Shown one piece after another: positions 17,002 to 27,914 of a DNA stretch of 64,000 nucleotides. Every line of letters begins with the position of its first letter. The stretch's first letter is position 1. The DNA is from Opitutales bacterium (GTDB lineage: Bacteria > Verrucomicrobiota > Verrucomicrobiia > Opitutales > PNEW01). Both the position numbers and the translations under genes were made by a program. The stretch lies in contig CBDANS010000006.1 of NCBI GenBank assembly GCA_965197745.1, positions 585,721 to 649,720 of the forward strand, written 5' to 3'. A model generated the notes under the pieces. The model saw only the letters and a list, made by a program, of their open reading frames with translations. It ran no database searches and had not been told where the DNA came from.

Positions 17002-17484
17002 TTATTTTTCCGGATTCAGTTTTTTAGACATGAGGACACACTCCAGTTCCCTGCCCTCCTGCAACCTGTATCTTTCAGACTTTTCTTGCTGGTACCCCGC
17101 TGCTGCATAGAATGAAACCGCATTGAGTGTGGAGTATAGCTTCAAACAATTTAGCGCTGACTTCCTGGCAATCGCTTCTAATTCAGACAATATCAATGAT
17201 CCCGTTCCTCTGCCAGTGTAAGCGGGATGAACATAGACGGCAGTGATCACTCGTTCCTTTAATATAATGCCGCCAAACCCAATTATTTTACCATCCACTT
17301 CCGCGACAAATAAACGCTCCCCCTGCTCCATGGCGCGAATGTAGTTTTCAGCGCGCTTTTCTCCTGACCATGCCTCTATTTCCTCGTCGGCATACCTGGC
17401 ATTACATAATTCACGTATTGATTTAACGTGGACACCGCAGATTGCCCCCACATCTCCCACTTGGGCTTCCCGTATCGTTATCAC
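17002..17484 (-). CDS. GNAT N-acetyltransferase
   Basis: YTGRGTGSLIL acetyl-CoA loop. 160 aa. Confidence 0.8.
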   Translation of the reverse strand: MITIREAQVGDVGAICGVHVKSIRELCNARYADEEIEAWSGEKRAENYIRAMEQGERLFVAEVDGKIIGFGGIILKERVITAVYVHPAYTGRGTGSLILSELEAIARKSALNCLKLYSTLNAVSFYAAAGYQQEKSERYRLQEGRELECVLMSKKLNPEK

Positions 17485-18221
17485 TTTTTATTCTTCATTA
17501 CCGCTATAAATAGACCTCTTCCTTTCATTAACCCGTTTTTCAAAAACCTGGCCTGAAACCCGGCATCCTCGAGTATTTTCAAAAATCGATCTTTATCAAA
17601 GAGGGCTAAGTCATGTTGATCACGTAAATACTGAACACCTCGTTTCGTAGCGATCAGAAAATGAAAATCTATAATGGCTAGATTTCCTCTCTTTCTACTG
17701 ACATTCATCCTGCTAATCTTACAACCATTGCCACTCTGGGTACCCCCATTGATTTGACCGTTATTGTATGTTTCTGGTGAAAAGAAAGGTTCAATGATGA
17801 CGACACCTCCGGGGACCAGATGTTTGGCCATACAGGAAATGCTTTTCTTAAGATTTGTATACGTCTTTGCGTAGGCAATTGCACTGAAGAGGCAGGTAAT
17901 AACATCAAATTGTTGTTTAAGATCGAAATTGATCATGTCGCCGCGATGAAATTTAACCTTCGGACATTTCTTTCGCGCCTCTTTAAGCATATAATGGTTA
18001 AAGTCTAATCCGACGATCTCATACTGGTTGCTTAAATACTTGATGTGTCCACCAGTACCACAAGCAACATCGAGGAGTTTATTACCCGGTGATTTCTTAT
18101 ATTTTTTAATGAGCTCATGAATATGCTGTGACTCTAAACAATAGTCTTTCCACTGATACCAAACATCATAATACGGAGCCAGCTCAGCCCACATTTTTTC
18201 TGTTTTATGCTTATTGCTCAT
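17481..18221 (-). CDS. Class I SAM methyltransferase, TylM1/DesVI-like
   Basis: YYDVWYQ..., LLDVACGTGGH, RGDMINFDL, CLFSAIAY, PGGVVIIEPF. Colinear with the aminosugar N,N-dimethyltransferase family (LLDVACGTG / DMR.F / FSSIG / VEPW). The substrate is unknown. Confidence 0.65.
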   Translation of the reverse strand: MSNKHKTEKMWAELAPYYDVWYQWKDYCLESQHIHELIKKYKKSPGNKLLDVACGTGGHIKYLSNQYEIVGLDFNHYMLKEARKKCPKVKFHRGDMINFDLKQQFDVITCLFSAIAYAKTYTNLKKSISCMAKHLVPGGVVIIEPFFSPETYNNGQINGGTQSGNGCKISRMNVSRKRGNLAIIDFHFLIATKRGVQYLRDQHDLALFDKDRFLKILEDAGFQARFLKNGLMKGRGLFIAVMKNKK

Positions 18222-18319
18222 TAATCCTATTCATCACAAATTCACTACGGTGTCTGTTCTCTTTTATTCAGGTATCATCTCCGAATTGTTCTTCACGGAT
18301 GGTTGGCGGGTTTTCCATA

Positions 18320-18985
18320 CTACCACTTTATTGGCAGGTCTAATATTTCAGTCACATGACTGACTTTCCAGTCATAAACTGGCTTCTCTTCATCGGGCCA
18401 TGGTTGATTTCCCGATACCCATACCGTTGACATTCCGACATTATGAGCGCCCATGATATCAGCCCGCGGGTTGTCGCCAATAAACAGGCATTCACCTGCG
18501 GTTGCGTCAAGTGACTCTATTATCGAGGTAAATATATCCGGATCGGGCTTATGCTTACCAAAAGCCCCGGATATAAGGTAGCAGTCAACAATATCCGCGA
18601 TTCCAGAATTCAAGAGCTTTGCTTTTTGACTTAACTCAGAACCATTTGTGACCACGCCTAAACGCATCCCCTTAGCGCTGAGTGTGTTCAGCAGCGTTGT
18701 CACCCCTTCAAATAAGACGGGGGATTTCCAGGCATTACGATTAAAATCATGGAGCAGGTCATCGGATAATAGCTCAAGATTCAGTCGGTTTACCAGCTCC
18801 TCATAGAGATCAGGCCTTGGCGTGAGACCGTGAGCGTCTAACTCCACAAATACATCGATGTAACGCGATGGATCAATACTACTGTTATTTAATATTCGGT
18901 GATGTTGATCTTTAGCGATGTATCTTATTGAAGTTTCGCGGTCCAGGAGCGTTTCATCCAAATCAAATAGGGCTGCCTTTATCAT
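18320..18985 (-). CDS. HAD-IA hydrolase
   Basis: DLDETLL, VVTNG, GKHKPDPDIF, GDNPRADIMGA. Confidence 0.8.
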   Translation of the reverse strand: MIKAALFDLDETLLDRETSIRYIAKDQHHRILNNSSIDPSRYIDVFVELDAHGLTPRPDLYEELVNRLNLELLSDDLLHDFNRNAWKSPVLFEGVTTLLNTLSAKGMRLGVVTNGSELSQKAKLLNSGIADIVDCYLISGAFGKHKPDPDIFTSIIESLDATAGECLFIGDNPRADIMGAHNVGMSTVWVSGNQPWPDEEKPVYDWKVSHVTEILDLPIKW

Positions 18986-19001
18986 AGATCGAGATTCCGT
19001 T

Positions 19002-19725
19002 TTATATCATTTCTTTATTTCTTCTATAGGCCCCATCGATAAAAAACGGGACACAATTGCTGACATTTACCTGCCCTGCCAGTTCTATATCTCGACCCTC
19101 ATTTTTAGCCAATTTTTCTTTTCCCGATCCGCAATTGTGCAGCTTTACCGCGAGTGAGGTCCTGCAATTTTCAAATAACGCTTTTGCGCCCTCGGCCTCA
19201 GGTGAAAGCGTGCCTCCAAAATGTGTAATGATCGCACCTGCTCCTGCCAAGTCCTCAAAGCAGGGTCGCAGCGAATCGTCGTCCCATCGCTCTCCGGCGG
19301 GGACCACTCCAATTTTCCAGCCAAGCTTCATCGCTGATTCCGCAACGACCCGACTATTGCGAAAGCATCCCGCAATAACCGGGGTAGAACCTGCCGCGAG
19401 GGTAATCGTAGAACCGTTTGGCGAAGGAAAGAACGAGACGTGTGATATCCGGCAAATTGACGAGCGACTCCGGAGATAATGTGAACCCATTACGATTTTT
19501 CCTGTCGGCGACTTCCGCCTGCATTTGCTCAGCAAAGGCATAAACCCTTTCATCCCTCCAGCGATAGGGGTAGACGACCGCGCCCTTGCTTACCGCGATA
19601 TCAAGACTGGTGGAGAACGAAAAAATATCGACGATCACTAGAACATCGCAATCGGGAGCGAGAACCGTAACCCCCTGTTCCCCCCATTCACAACGTATGT
19701 CGTATTCGGATTGATCAAATAACAT
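19002..19725 (-). pseudogene. ComB-like 2-phosphosulfolactate phosphatase family gene with a frameshift
   Basis: N-terminal part in the frame of ORF 19354..19725 (..VLVIVDIFSFSTS..FTLSPESL..ITRLVL). Continuation in the frame of ORF 19002..19553 (PSPNGSTITLAAG..VVPAGERW..FEDLAGAGAII). The frame switch is at ~19425-19435. Confidence 0.6.
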
Positions 19726-19744
19726 TAGTATAATTCTGAAGAGA

Positions 19745-20422
19745 TTATTGGATGATTTTATTAAATATCACAGGTAGAAACGTATCCCAGTTATGACCAT
19801 CGGGACAATAATCAATTGTATCTAAATTCTTATAGGAAGACAAAGTATCGAGCGCGAGTGCTTTAGCTCCATCCCAAAAATTAAGATAAGACTCGTATCC
19901 ACACAGGCCACTTTTTTGAGCGTAGGGTTCATCTAATATTATTTTCATATTCTTCTCTAACCATATTTCTCCACGTACCTTACCGAGCCAATCAAAATGA
20001 TTTTTAATATTATCAGGCCATAAGTAGACTAATAATACTGAAATGTTCTCAAAAATTCGGTCTATTCGTAAAAGGTGTGATTTTATATTTTCAACAGCCT
20101 CATTAAAGGTGAAATAGGTTGTTGCCATATTATTGTAAAAGTATCCGTCGATTAAATACACTTTTTGATCCGATCTGGTTAAATTCACCAATGCTTCCCA
20201 TCTTTCGATAAAATCAAAAACTGGAGGGATTTCTCTATAATCCGGTGGTTCTAATAAATGATTAACATCATTAGCTAAGAATACTTCACTATCGATTCCC
20301 CGATCAGAGAGCATTTGTTGAAGTGACTTAACCGAAGTGGTCTTCCCGGATCCGTTTATTCCATCAATAATAACAATTCGATAATTCGGGGTCTGCTTCA
20401 TTATAGATTTTTTGGAGAGCAA
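19745..20422 (-). CDS. P-loop nucleoside/nucleotide kinase-like protein
   Basis: Walker A GINGSGKTT. 225 aa. Confidence 0.6.
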   Translation of the reverse strand: MLSKKSIMKQTPNYRIVIIDGINGSGKTTSVKSLQQMLSDRGIDSEVFLANDVNHLLEPPDYREIPPVFDFIERWEALVNLTRSDQKVYLIDGYFYNNMATTYFTFNEAVENIKSHLLRIDRIFENISVLLVYLWPDNIKNHFDWLGKVRGEIWLEKNMKIILDEPYAQKSGLCGYESYLNFWDGAKALALDTLSSYKNLDTIDYCPDGHNWDTFLPVIFNKIIQ

Positions 20423-20521
20423 GAGGTTTTGATAAAATAAAATATGTTACCCGATCCTGTTTGCTTCAAGCTTCAGATATCTGCTTTCCGAAGAGTTAGT
20501 CTGAAAGTGAGCTGGGAGAGC

Positions 20522-21553
20522 TTAGTATGTCAAAAGTGCTTTCACCACTTTGCGCTGACTGATGGCTACTAAGGCGTCGTTGATTTCATCGATGGGAAAG
20601 CGATGGGTAATGAAATCATCTCCAGAGATACTGCCTTTGCGCACCCACTCGGTGAGTGTCTCTTGTGCTTCTTTCTCAAATAACCGCGTGGGCCATTGGT
20701 GTACGAAGATGTTGTAGTTAAAGTCACCTAATGCATTCGGAACCGTAAATTCCTCAGTTCCCGCGTAAAACCCATAAACACACATGGAGCCACCGCGCTT
20801 CAATAGTGGCAACCCCGCAGGGACGAGTTCCGGCACACCTACCGCATCTACAACGGCATCGAGTTGACGTCCTTTGCTTGCAATCTCCGGGGCGTCGCGA
20901 TCATAGACATCATCAGCGCCGAAACTTTTCGCACGTTCGCGCTTCTCGGGATGTCGATCAACCAGTCCGATCCAACCGAGTCCAAATAACCGGCCTAATC
21001 TCACAAAACTTTGTCCCACGGGCCCACCACCGTAGATCAAAACGTCAACACCCGGTTTTAGATGGAAATCACGAAACGCCCCTAACACTTCGCGCCAAGT
21101 GCAAAACAAAACAGCATCTTCGGGGGAAATGTCACTAGCGACAGGAGTCTGAATCTCAAAAACTTCAACCCAGCCGTGATCTTCATCTGCAACACCGTCT
21201 TGCACCATTGCCTCGTGATCATTTGCTAACACATACTCACAAAACCCACCCCATCCGGATTCTATACCATCCACGCCAAGATCAAACACCAGTCCGCTGA
21301 CCGCGCGTTCATCCACTTTGAAATGGCGCACTTTCGCACCGACTTCCTGAACCAGGCCGACGCTCTCATGCCCCAAGGCGAATGGAAACGCTTTCTCCAT
21401 ACCCGGAAAATGACCGCTAACGAGTTCGCCATCAGTTTTGTTGCAAAGGCAAGCAACTTCTGTTTTCACCAATGCCTGGTAGGGACCCGGTTTTGGAATC
21501 GGCGTGTCGACGATCTCAACCTGTTCTGGTGCGGTGACAATAACGGATTTCAC
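20522..21553 (-). CDS. Zinc-type alcohol dehydrogenase (MDR family)
   Basis: GHESVGLV and Rossmann YGGGPVGQ. 343 aa. Confidence 0.8.
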   Translation of the reverse strand: MKSVIVTAPEQVEIVDTPIPKPGPYQALVKTEVACLCNKTDGELVSGHFPGMEKAFPFALGHESVGLVQEVGAKVRHFKVDERAVSGLVFDLGVDGIESGWGGFCEYVLANDHEAMVQDGVADEDHGWVEVFEIQTPVASDISPEDAVLFCTWREVLGAFRDFHLKPGVDVLIYGGGPVGQSFVRLGRLFGLGWIGLVDRHPEKRERAKSFGADDVYDRDAPEIASKGRQLDAVVDAVGVPELVPAGLPLLKRGGSMCVYGFYAGTEEFTVPNALGDFNYNIFVHQWPTRLFEKEAQETLTEWVRKGSISGDDFITHRFPIDEINDALVAISQRKVVKALLTY

Positions 21554-21627
21554 ACCGCTAATTCAGTTATCAATCGATGTATTGACAAGCTTAGATCACC
21601 GAGCGAGCGGCGTGACCCTTTAGCTTC

Positions 21628-22545
21628 TTAGCTTTTTATGGCTGCCGGCGGCTTTTCCCAGTACTGTCGTTTAAAGTGAAAAATCGATCGCAACCTGTCT
21701 ACATCCATATCTGGAAAGTGTGCTTCTATTAAATCATAGGTCTCATCCACTAAATTATAAATTAATGAGTCCGCTTCTTCAGGTTTAATGATGAATACGT
21801 TTCTCATTCTCTCTATGAATCGTTCCGGTTTTATATCAAAGGTCTGGGCCTCATGATAAACCCATTTAAATCCGCAAAAATACCTTCCATTTAAAGCCAG
21901 AAGAATCCTTAATAGCTTTTCTTCAATAGCGGTAAAACTGGAGTATAAACTCAACAGGTTCTCGTTTCTCTTTAGAAACATTTTCCAACACCAGAAGTGA
22001 TCAATCTGTGCATGGCGATTAATCACTGCTCTTGCCAGTTCAGTCGGGTACTCACGAGCTTGTGATATCCACACCTCAATCATCTCGATACCACAGAAGG
22101 GAATGGCATCGACTACTCCTGCAACCAGGTTTTGCTTGAGATCATCAGGATTATATTCTTCCGTTACTTCATTTATGACTCTTTCGATGAATTCTGTTTT
22201 ATGATGGGCCACTTCGACAAGACTGCCAGAGGCCCTGTTCCCCCCGTTGTCGGTGCCCAGATAAAAATCATCGTTCCACAGTTCTTCATCGGCGTTATAG
22301 GAATGGATCCCTACATATTGTTTATCTATAAAATCTAAAGAATGAACAACCTTGCTTCTCTCTTCTTTTAATGGGTCTTCACTCCAGAAGACCCCTAATT
22401 CAATGTCTGAATGACCGTCAGCACATCCACGGGCGGAAGATCCTCCTAAAAATACGGCGTCAACTTTACTATTCTCAGCGTAACGTTTGGCAATTTGCTC
22501 TGCAATCCGTCGACGCCAAAGACTGTCTTCGCTAATATCATTCAT
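21628..22545 (-). CDS. Nucleotidyltransferase-domain protein (ANT/KNTase-like N-terminus)
   Basis: LGGSSARG...HSDIELGVF minimal NTase motif. ~200-aa helical C-terminal extension. Confidence 0.65.
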   Translation of the reverse strand: MNDISEDSLWRRRIAEQIAKRYAENSKVDAVFLGGSSARGCADGHSDIELGVFWSEDPLKEERSKVVHSLDFIDKQYVGIHSYNADEELWNDDFYLGTDNGGNRASGSLVEVAHHKTEFIERVINEVTEEYNPDDLKQNLVAGVVDAIPFCGIEMIEVWISQAREYPTELARAVINRHAQIDHFWCWKMFLKRNENLLSLYSSFTAIEEKLLRILLALNGRYFCGFKWVYHEAQTFDIKPERFIERMRNVFIIKPEEADSLIYNLVDETYDLIEAHFPDMDVDRLRSIFHFKRQYWEKPPAAIKS

Positions 22546-22557
22546 TCTTAGACCATT

Positions 22558-23562
22558 TTATTCTATATTTTCCAGTTTTCGTAGAACCATTACAATTTCA
22601 TTATACAACTGATCCCCATCCAACCTCACTAATTGAGCTAAAGGATATTTATTTGCTAACTCCTTCGCAACACGCCACCCTATATAATAACCACTGTTTG
22701 TTGGGAATTCAGCATTCGGATTATAGAAAAATTTTCCGATGTCTTCTTCCGAAGTTGCATCAAGATTATTACGGACTTCCTTGGCAAGTATTGGTAAGAG
22801 AGGTATGATTTCTTCTTCGAGTGCATGAGCATCTGAAAGAATTTCGCGATCCGATACTTCGGGATTCAAGACCTTACTCACATATGCGGCAAGACCTTCA
22901 GCCCAAACAAGTGTATATAATTCTGGAAATTCATCTTCAAAAAACAATTTCTGTGCTACATCTTTCATCTCTGGGACAAGTTCTAAATGGTATACATGGA
23001 ATAGCTCATGATGTATAAATGGACCAGTAACCGAACTGTATGACCTTGCAATGGCATCCAACCCTAAAAACAGTGCCATTTTCCCGTTTATGGGCCTCGC
23101 CTGTCCCTCAAAAGTGTAGAGTGAAGGCATCAAATATACGGTAGTTCTTCCTTCAAAATCAGGGAAATACTTAAGAAATTGCATCCAGAAAGAGATTAAG
23201 TAATGGGGTGTTAGTTCACTACCGTATCGTCGCATTTCCGGTATTATCGGTTGAATACTTTCAAGATAGTTTTCTATTCGCTCATCACTGATCTCTCCCA
23301 TCATTTTGCTCTGATACAGTTCTCGATTGGGAATTATGAGTATCTCCCGAAAGAGACTAATTTTTGCACCATCGTCTAATCCTTCTGCATTATCCCAAAA
23401 ATTCCAGAAGTCAGGCATCACATCAATGATCTCAAAAGGGTAGGCAGATGTAAGCGCATCAGTCTTAATGGCGTCAGGTTGCGAACCAATAAGAGAGTAT
23501 GGTACCGTTTTGAATGATACGGATATCAAAATCAGACCGAAAAATAGGGTCACTCTTTTCAT
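22558..23562 (-). CDS. Secreted putative zinc metalloprotease (DUF2268-like)
   Basis: Signal peptide MKRVTLFFGLILISVSF and the HExxH motif HELFHVYH. The DUF assignment is from memory. Confidence 0.5.
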   Translation of the reverse strand: MKRVTLFFGLILISVSFKTVPYSLIGSQPDAIKTDALTSAYPFEIIDVMPDFWNFWDNAEGLDDGAKISLFREILIIPNRELYQSKMMGEISDERIENYLESIQPIIPEMRRYGSELTPHYLISFWMQFLKYFPDFEGRTTVYLMPSLYTFEGQARPINGKMALFLGLDAIARSYSSVTGPFIHHELFHVYHLELVPEMKDVAQKLFFEDEFPELYTLVWAEGLAAYVSKVLNPEVSDREILSDAHALEEEIIPLLPILAKEVRNNLDATSEEDIGKFFYNPNAEFPTNSGYYIGWRVAKELANKYPLAQLVRLDGDQLYNEIVMVLRKLENIE

Positions 23563-23589
23563 GACATTAATTGGATGAGGTCCGGTCTG

Positions 23590-24477
23590 TTATTCTTCTA
23601 TACCTGTTACCGGAAGCATGTCTTTCATTCCTCCAAGATGCGTCATAAACCACGATAGATCTTTAGTCCGTATACCACCCAGTACGCATTGAAGTTCAAA
23701 AGTACCCGCCCAAAAGCGTGCGCGGTCTTTTGCTTCTAAAAGTTCCGGATAATATTTATTCATTCTCTGAACGAAATTTTCTCCATAGTAATATAAGATG
23801 CAGGCTAAATCTGCCGCAGGGTCCCCCACTCCTGCTGTCCCGAAATCAATAACCCCGTTAATCTGTTTCTTCACTGAATCATAAAGGATATGATACGCGC
23901 CCATATCGCCGTTAATAAGAGCGGGACGGTATTCCATTGAAATCCTGCCAGTAATAATGGGTTCAAAATGCCTTCTCACCAATTCCTTAGAGTGGCTCAT
24001 CATGTGCGGGAAGAGTTGATCTTGAATATCTTCGTATAGTTTAGACCAGACTTCACGGGTTCTATTGACATCTGAAGGTCCAATTTCATTTTCCGTCCAC
24101 TTTACTTCCGGGATAGTATGTAAATTTTTAAGGAATTGGGCCAATTGCCGGGCTAAGCTGTCCTGTTCACTATCATTGAGAATGACGATATCATTTCGCA
24201 GCAGGGGTTTTCCGGGAATATAGGGGTAGGAGACAAAATCGTCTTCTCTTACATCAAAATCGGGCACCGTGATCTTAACAAAGGGTGCGATCAATTTAAC
24301 AATTTTAATTTCTTGCATGAGTATCTTTGCGTAAGCGCTTTTCTTAGCAAAGCGAAAAACGCGTTCATCGTTTAAGATCAGAACATCATTAATCAACCCA
24401 TCCTTATTCTCACGAATATTGTTGATATCAATGTCAGGAAATCGATCTTTGATTCTCTTTAAATAATGCTCATTCAT
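23590..24477 (-). CDS. APH-fold aminoglycoside/small-molecule phosphotransferase
   Basis: INGDMGAYHILY catalytic region and VIDFGTAGVGDPAADLA. Confidence 0.75.
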   Translation of the reverse strand: MNEHYLKRIKDRFPDIDINNIRENKDGLINDVLILNDERVFRFAKKSAYAKILMQEIKIVKLIAPFVKITVPDFDVREDDFVSYPYIPGKPLLRNDIVILNDSEQDSLARQLAQFLKNLHTIPEVKWTENEIGPSDVNRTREVWSKLYEDIQDQLFPHMMSHSKELVRRHFEPIITGRISMEYRPALINGDMGAYHILYDSVKKQINGVIDFGTAGVGDPAADLACILYYYGENFVQRMNKYYPELLEAKDRARFWAGTFELQCVLGGIRTKDLSWFMTHLGGMKDMLPVTGIEE

Positions 24478-25238
24478 GACTTTAATGCTTCAAAATAAAA
24501 GCGGTGGCTCTGAACATTGAGACTTCTTTTTTCCTGGATCTGCTCATGAATCTTAAATAACCTGTCGCGGTAATTCTCTATGGTGAAATCAGGGAATTGC
24601 CAGGGAATCATCCTTAAGTAATAAACAATTGCGCCAACATCGAGAAACCGTGTTGTTGGAAATGCTTCACCTTTTTCACCTATTTCAAAACCTGCAATTT
24701 CAATTTCCCTTACCGCATTATCTAAATTCCATTTTTCGAAATTTTTGGTAGGATTATCTTGTAAGAGCTCGTTTAACCTGAAGTTGTTTTCTCCACCAAC
24801 TTGTTGCGTTATGAACCGACCCCCACTCTTTAGAATTCGATAAACTTCGTTTGGTGAATACGCTTCATGATGATTTATTACTAATCCAAAGTAATTGTCA
24901 TCAAAAGGTAATGTAAAGTCATCCGTTATCTCAACTACTTGAATACCCAGTGGTTCTAACTTTCTACGAGCAACAGGGACATTGGGTGGGTGCCCTTCTG
25001 TGGCAACCGTATTTTTTGGCAAACCACTTATAGTTGCTAAAAACTCACCCCCACCAGTTCCCATGTCCAACAAAGAAATGTCAGAATTAATTCTATTGGA
25101 AACAATCTCACGATAATTCCAGCTAAGATCTTCTTCTTGGAATCGCCCATCCATAAATGAGAAATCCCATCCCGATATCTCCTGCTTTAAAGCTTCTGAT
25201 ATCAATGATTCGAAAGATAAGTTAAGGGGTGTTGTCAT
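24474..25238 (-). CDS. Class I SAM-dependent methyltransferase
   Basis: Motif I LLDMGTGGGEF. 4-nt overlap with the upstream kinase gene. Confidence 0.8.
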   Translation of the reverse strand: MTTPLNLSFESLISEALKQEISGWDFSFMDGRFQEEDLSWNYREIVSNRINSDISLLDMGTGGGEFLATISGLPKNTVATEGHPPNVPVARRKLEPLGIQVVEITDDFTLPFDDNYFGLVINHHEAYSPNEVYRILKSGGRFITQQVGGENNFRLNELLQDNPTKNFEKWNLDNAVREIEIAGFEIGEKGEAFPTTRFLDVGAIVYYLRMIPWQFPDFTIENYRDRLFKIHEQIQEKRSLNVQSHRFYFEALKS

Positions 25239-25793
25239 TAGGGGAAATTGAATACAATTTCAAATCATGGAGAACGCCGTTCCTCTCGCGAGCTTTTTTC
25301 AATACCCCTTCATAACACATCCCTGACTTTTCAAGCACCCGGGATGATGCATTGTTGTCCATCATACAAGTTCCTTCAATTCGTTTGAGCTTCAAATTAG
25401 TGAATCCATAATCGATCACTTTCCGCGTTGCTTCAGTAGCATACCCTACGCTCCAATATTGCCTGGAGATTCCGAATGCAATCTCAGCTTTCTTTTGAAC
25501 AGGATTAAACGAATGAAAAAAGCAGTATCCAATAACTTTTTCAGATTCGATCAAGACTATCGACCAGGAGACAACATCAGAAAACATTAAAAACGAAATA
25601 AATTTATGGGTGTCATCTATAGATTTATGGGTGTTCCAAAAAGTATATTTGTCAGCTCTGAATCCGATGCGAATTCAAATATATCCTGAGCATCCGCGCT
25701 GTCTATTTTTCTCAATAGTAACCGGGAGGTTTGAAGTGATTGAATTGCTATTGTCGTAAGCTCTGCTCTTTTGACTTTGTTATTTTGCCTCAT
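25222..25793 (-). pseudogene. RimJ/RimL-like GNAT acetyltransferase with a single-base frameshift
   Basis: The ATG at 25793 opens MRQNNKVKRAELTTIAIQSLQTSRLLLRKIDSADAQDIFEFASDSELT, then hits a stop at 25617. A second frame continues KYTFWNTHKSIDDTHKFISFLMFSDVVS...WSVGYATEA... (ORF 25222..25587). One extra A in the A3 run (plus-strand TTT at 25648-25650) would restore a ~190-aa GNAT. Confidence 0.7.
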
Positions 25794-25854
25794 AATTTCC
25801 TAAATATAGAGGGAATCAGAGTAATAAATTGACTTCTAAAGTTAAACGGCGCGA

Positions 25855-26163
25855 CTACTTTGCCTGATCACCGAGAAACTCGCCGTCCAGCCAGCGCCTG
25901 CGCCAGCGCAGGACCTTTGTTTCTTTTCTGATACCCGCTTTTTCATAAGGGTCATCGTAGGCAAATTTTTCTGCTTCCTCTCGTGAATCAGTATCAAGCA
26001 ATGAGATACCGCCAATTACCGTTGTTTTATCATCTGCCAGGAGCGCACCCGCGGCTAATAACTTCCTTCCAGCTTTACTCACATGATCCCTGTGTGCCTC
26101 TCTTAAGCTTTCACGGATCTCACTTTTCCCCTCGTGGTCCAGGGCATAAATTAGAAAAGGCAT
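25855..26163 (-). CDS. YciI-like protein
   Basis: 102 aa, with the MPFLIYALD...AAGALL...DDPY pattern typical of the YciI family. Confidence 0.65.
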   Translation of the reverse strand: MPFLIYALDHEGKSEIRESLREAHRDHVSKAGRKLLAAGALLADDKTTVIGGISLLDTDSREEAEKFAYDDPYEKAGIRKETKVLRWRRRWLDGEFLGDQAK

Positions 26164-26186
26164 TTATTTATATTTGGTAATGATTT

Positions 26187-26657
26187 CTATAATGCGTATG
26201 ACATTTTAAAATTCAAAAACGCTACATCACAAACAGTCACTGTATTGTCATAAATATAAACAAATCCCTGGCGTTCGAAAAACGGTCTGGCGGTAATTGA
26301 TACCTCAGAATATAACTGCTTTATGCATTTATCTCTGGCAACTGATTTTACGTGATTCATCAGCTTAAACATTACTCCCTGGCCGGCAAAGGATGGCAAA
26401 ACATAAGTATGGTCTATATGCCCGTCAGGATCCAGCTCGATATATCCGGCTATTACACCCTTGCTATCAAAAACATAAGGTTGTTTTTCTTCACATCTTT
26501 TTCGCCAGCTATCGAGTTCATAATTGTGAGGTGCCCATGCTTCAAGTTGTCTCGAATCATAGTCTTTTGAAGCGAGTTCGTGGACTGCATCGTGGAAGAT
26601 TACAGCTATCTGCTTATAATCAGCGCCGTGGCACTTGCGAATCGTTCCATTTATCAT
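26187..26657 (-). CDS. GNAT N-acetyltransferase
   Basis: FAGQGVMFKLM acetyl-CoA loop. 156 aa. Confidence 0.75.
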   Translation of the reverse strand: MINGTIRKCHGADYKQIAVIFHDAVHELASKDYDSRQLEAWAPHNYELDSWRKRCEEKQPYVFDSKGVIAGYIELDPDGHIDHTYVLPSFAGQGVMFKLMNHVKSVARDKCIKQLYSEVSITARPFFERQGFVYIYDNTVTVCDVAFLNFKMSYAL

Positions 26658-26693
26658 ATGACCTGATAGTTGAGGACAGACGGTATTGGTGTT

Positions 26694-27089
26694 TTATTTA
26701 AGTCTGATCAAGCCCGCTTCGGTATGGCGGAAACCGCAATGCTGATAAAAATCTCTGTATTCAGATTTATAATCGACATGAATCCATGTCATACCCGCTA
26801 TTTTTGATTCTTCCACCGCGATCCGAACTAACTCGGTGCCAATTCCCTGCCTCCGGAATGTCGGATCTACGCTGGTATCCAAAATGAAGGCATGATCGCC
26901 CCCATCCCAGGCTACATTAACAAAACCTACAAATTTCTCATCGCTGTAGGCTGCAACGTAAGTCAATGAATGCTTGAGCACAGGTTGATAATCCTCAATT
27001 TCATCATCGTGTGTATTCCAAACACGATTCATCAGGGCATTAAGTGATTCATTTTGAAGGGGTGGTTTTACCCGGTACTCAATTTGCAT
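26694..27089 (-). CDS. GNAT N-acetyltransferase
   Basis: FRRQGIGTELV motif. 131 aa. Confidence 0.8.
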   Translation of the reverse strand: MQIEYRVKPPLQNESLNALMNRVWNTHDDEIEDYQPVLKHSLTYVAAYSDEKFVGFVNVAWDGGDHAFILDTSVDPTFRRQGIGTELVRIAVEESKIAGMTWIHVDYKSEYRDFYQHCGFRHTEAGLIRLK

Positions 27090-27090
27090 A

Positions 27091-27873
27091 TTAAGCCTCT
27101 ACTGAGTTGTCTGGTTCGACCTTTGTTGCCTCTATGAGCAGGAATACGGGAAATTGCTTTATAAATTCAGGATCAATTAGGTCGGAATTGGCTTGATGCG
27201 GCGGTTCGTAGAAAGAGGAGACCATCAATCCCGCATTGCTTAAAGCTGTAAAGTAGGCGGTGAGACTTCTATGATAGTGATTGTGTCCGCCAAATGAGTC
27301 AATGCGCCAGACATCCGGGTTCAGGTAACCTCTCAGCTTTTTAAAGTATTCTCCTGTCTTTTCATCCCGGTGACTTTTCTGATTAAAAAAGCAGGGATGA
27401 GGCAGACTGATAATGAATTTTCCCGATTTATTCAATACCGAGGATACCGCAGAGAATAGTAATTCAATTTCCAGTATATCCATGACCACCATGTGAGATA
27501 TAACAATATCAAACTTGCGCCCAAGGTTTGGCAGCCCTTGCGATAAATCATAAACAACAAAGTCAAGGTCAGGATAAAGAGATTTGGCTCTTCCGATCAG
27601 TATATTCGATCCATCAATTCCGATAACGGACGCACTGCGATCGTGCAGTTCTTTGGTCAGCCAACCCTGCCCGCAACCAAGATCTAAAACGCTTAGACCG
27701 TTCGGATCTCCAATCAACTCCCAAAAACGATCCTTGATCTCAGGAAAACAACGATCTCCCCTGGATTCAATAATTTCAGAATAGTGCGATGCGTTCCGAT
27801 TCCAGTCCTGGATATCTTCGTCCGATTTCATCTCATTGAAAATATCGCCCATCGCCTCACTCGCACAACACAA
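27091..27873 (-). CDS. Class I SAM-dependent methyltransferase
   Basis: Motif I VLDLGCGQGWL and FDIVISHMV. Confidence 0.8.
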   Translation of the reverse strand: MCCASEAMGDIFNEMKSDEDIQDWNRNASHYSEIIESRGDRCFPEIKDRFWELIGDPNGLSVLDLGCGQGWLTKELHDRSASVIGIDGSNILIGRAKSLYPDLDFVVYDLSQGLPNLGRKFDIVISHMVVMDILEIELLFSAVSSVLNKSGKFIISLPHPCFFNQKSHRDEKTGEYFKKLRGYLNPDVWRIDSFGGHNHYHRSLTAYFTALSNAGLMVSSFYEPPHQANSDLIDPEFIKQFPVFLLIEATKVEPDNSVEA

Positions 27874-27914
27874 ATTGCGAGGTAGTAGCGTGGTAATATA
27901 TTTATAGTTTTGTC

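Noticed and set aside
25855-27089. GNAT toxin-antitoxin modules (TacT/AtaT-like) among the small GNAT genes
   Set aside because: No small RHH/DUF1778-type antitoxin ORF precedes any GNAT. The neighbours are enzymes (YciI, methyltransferase), and the GNATs have ordinary sizes and motifs.
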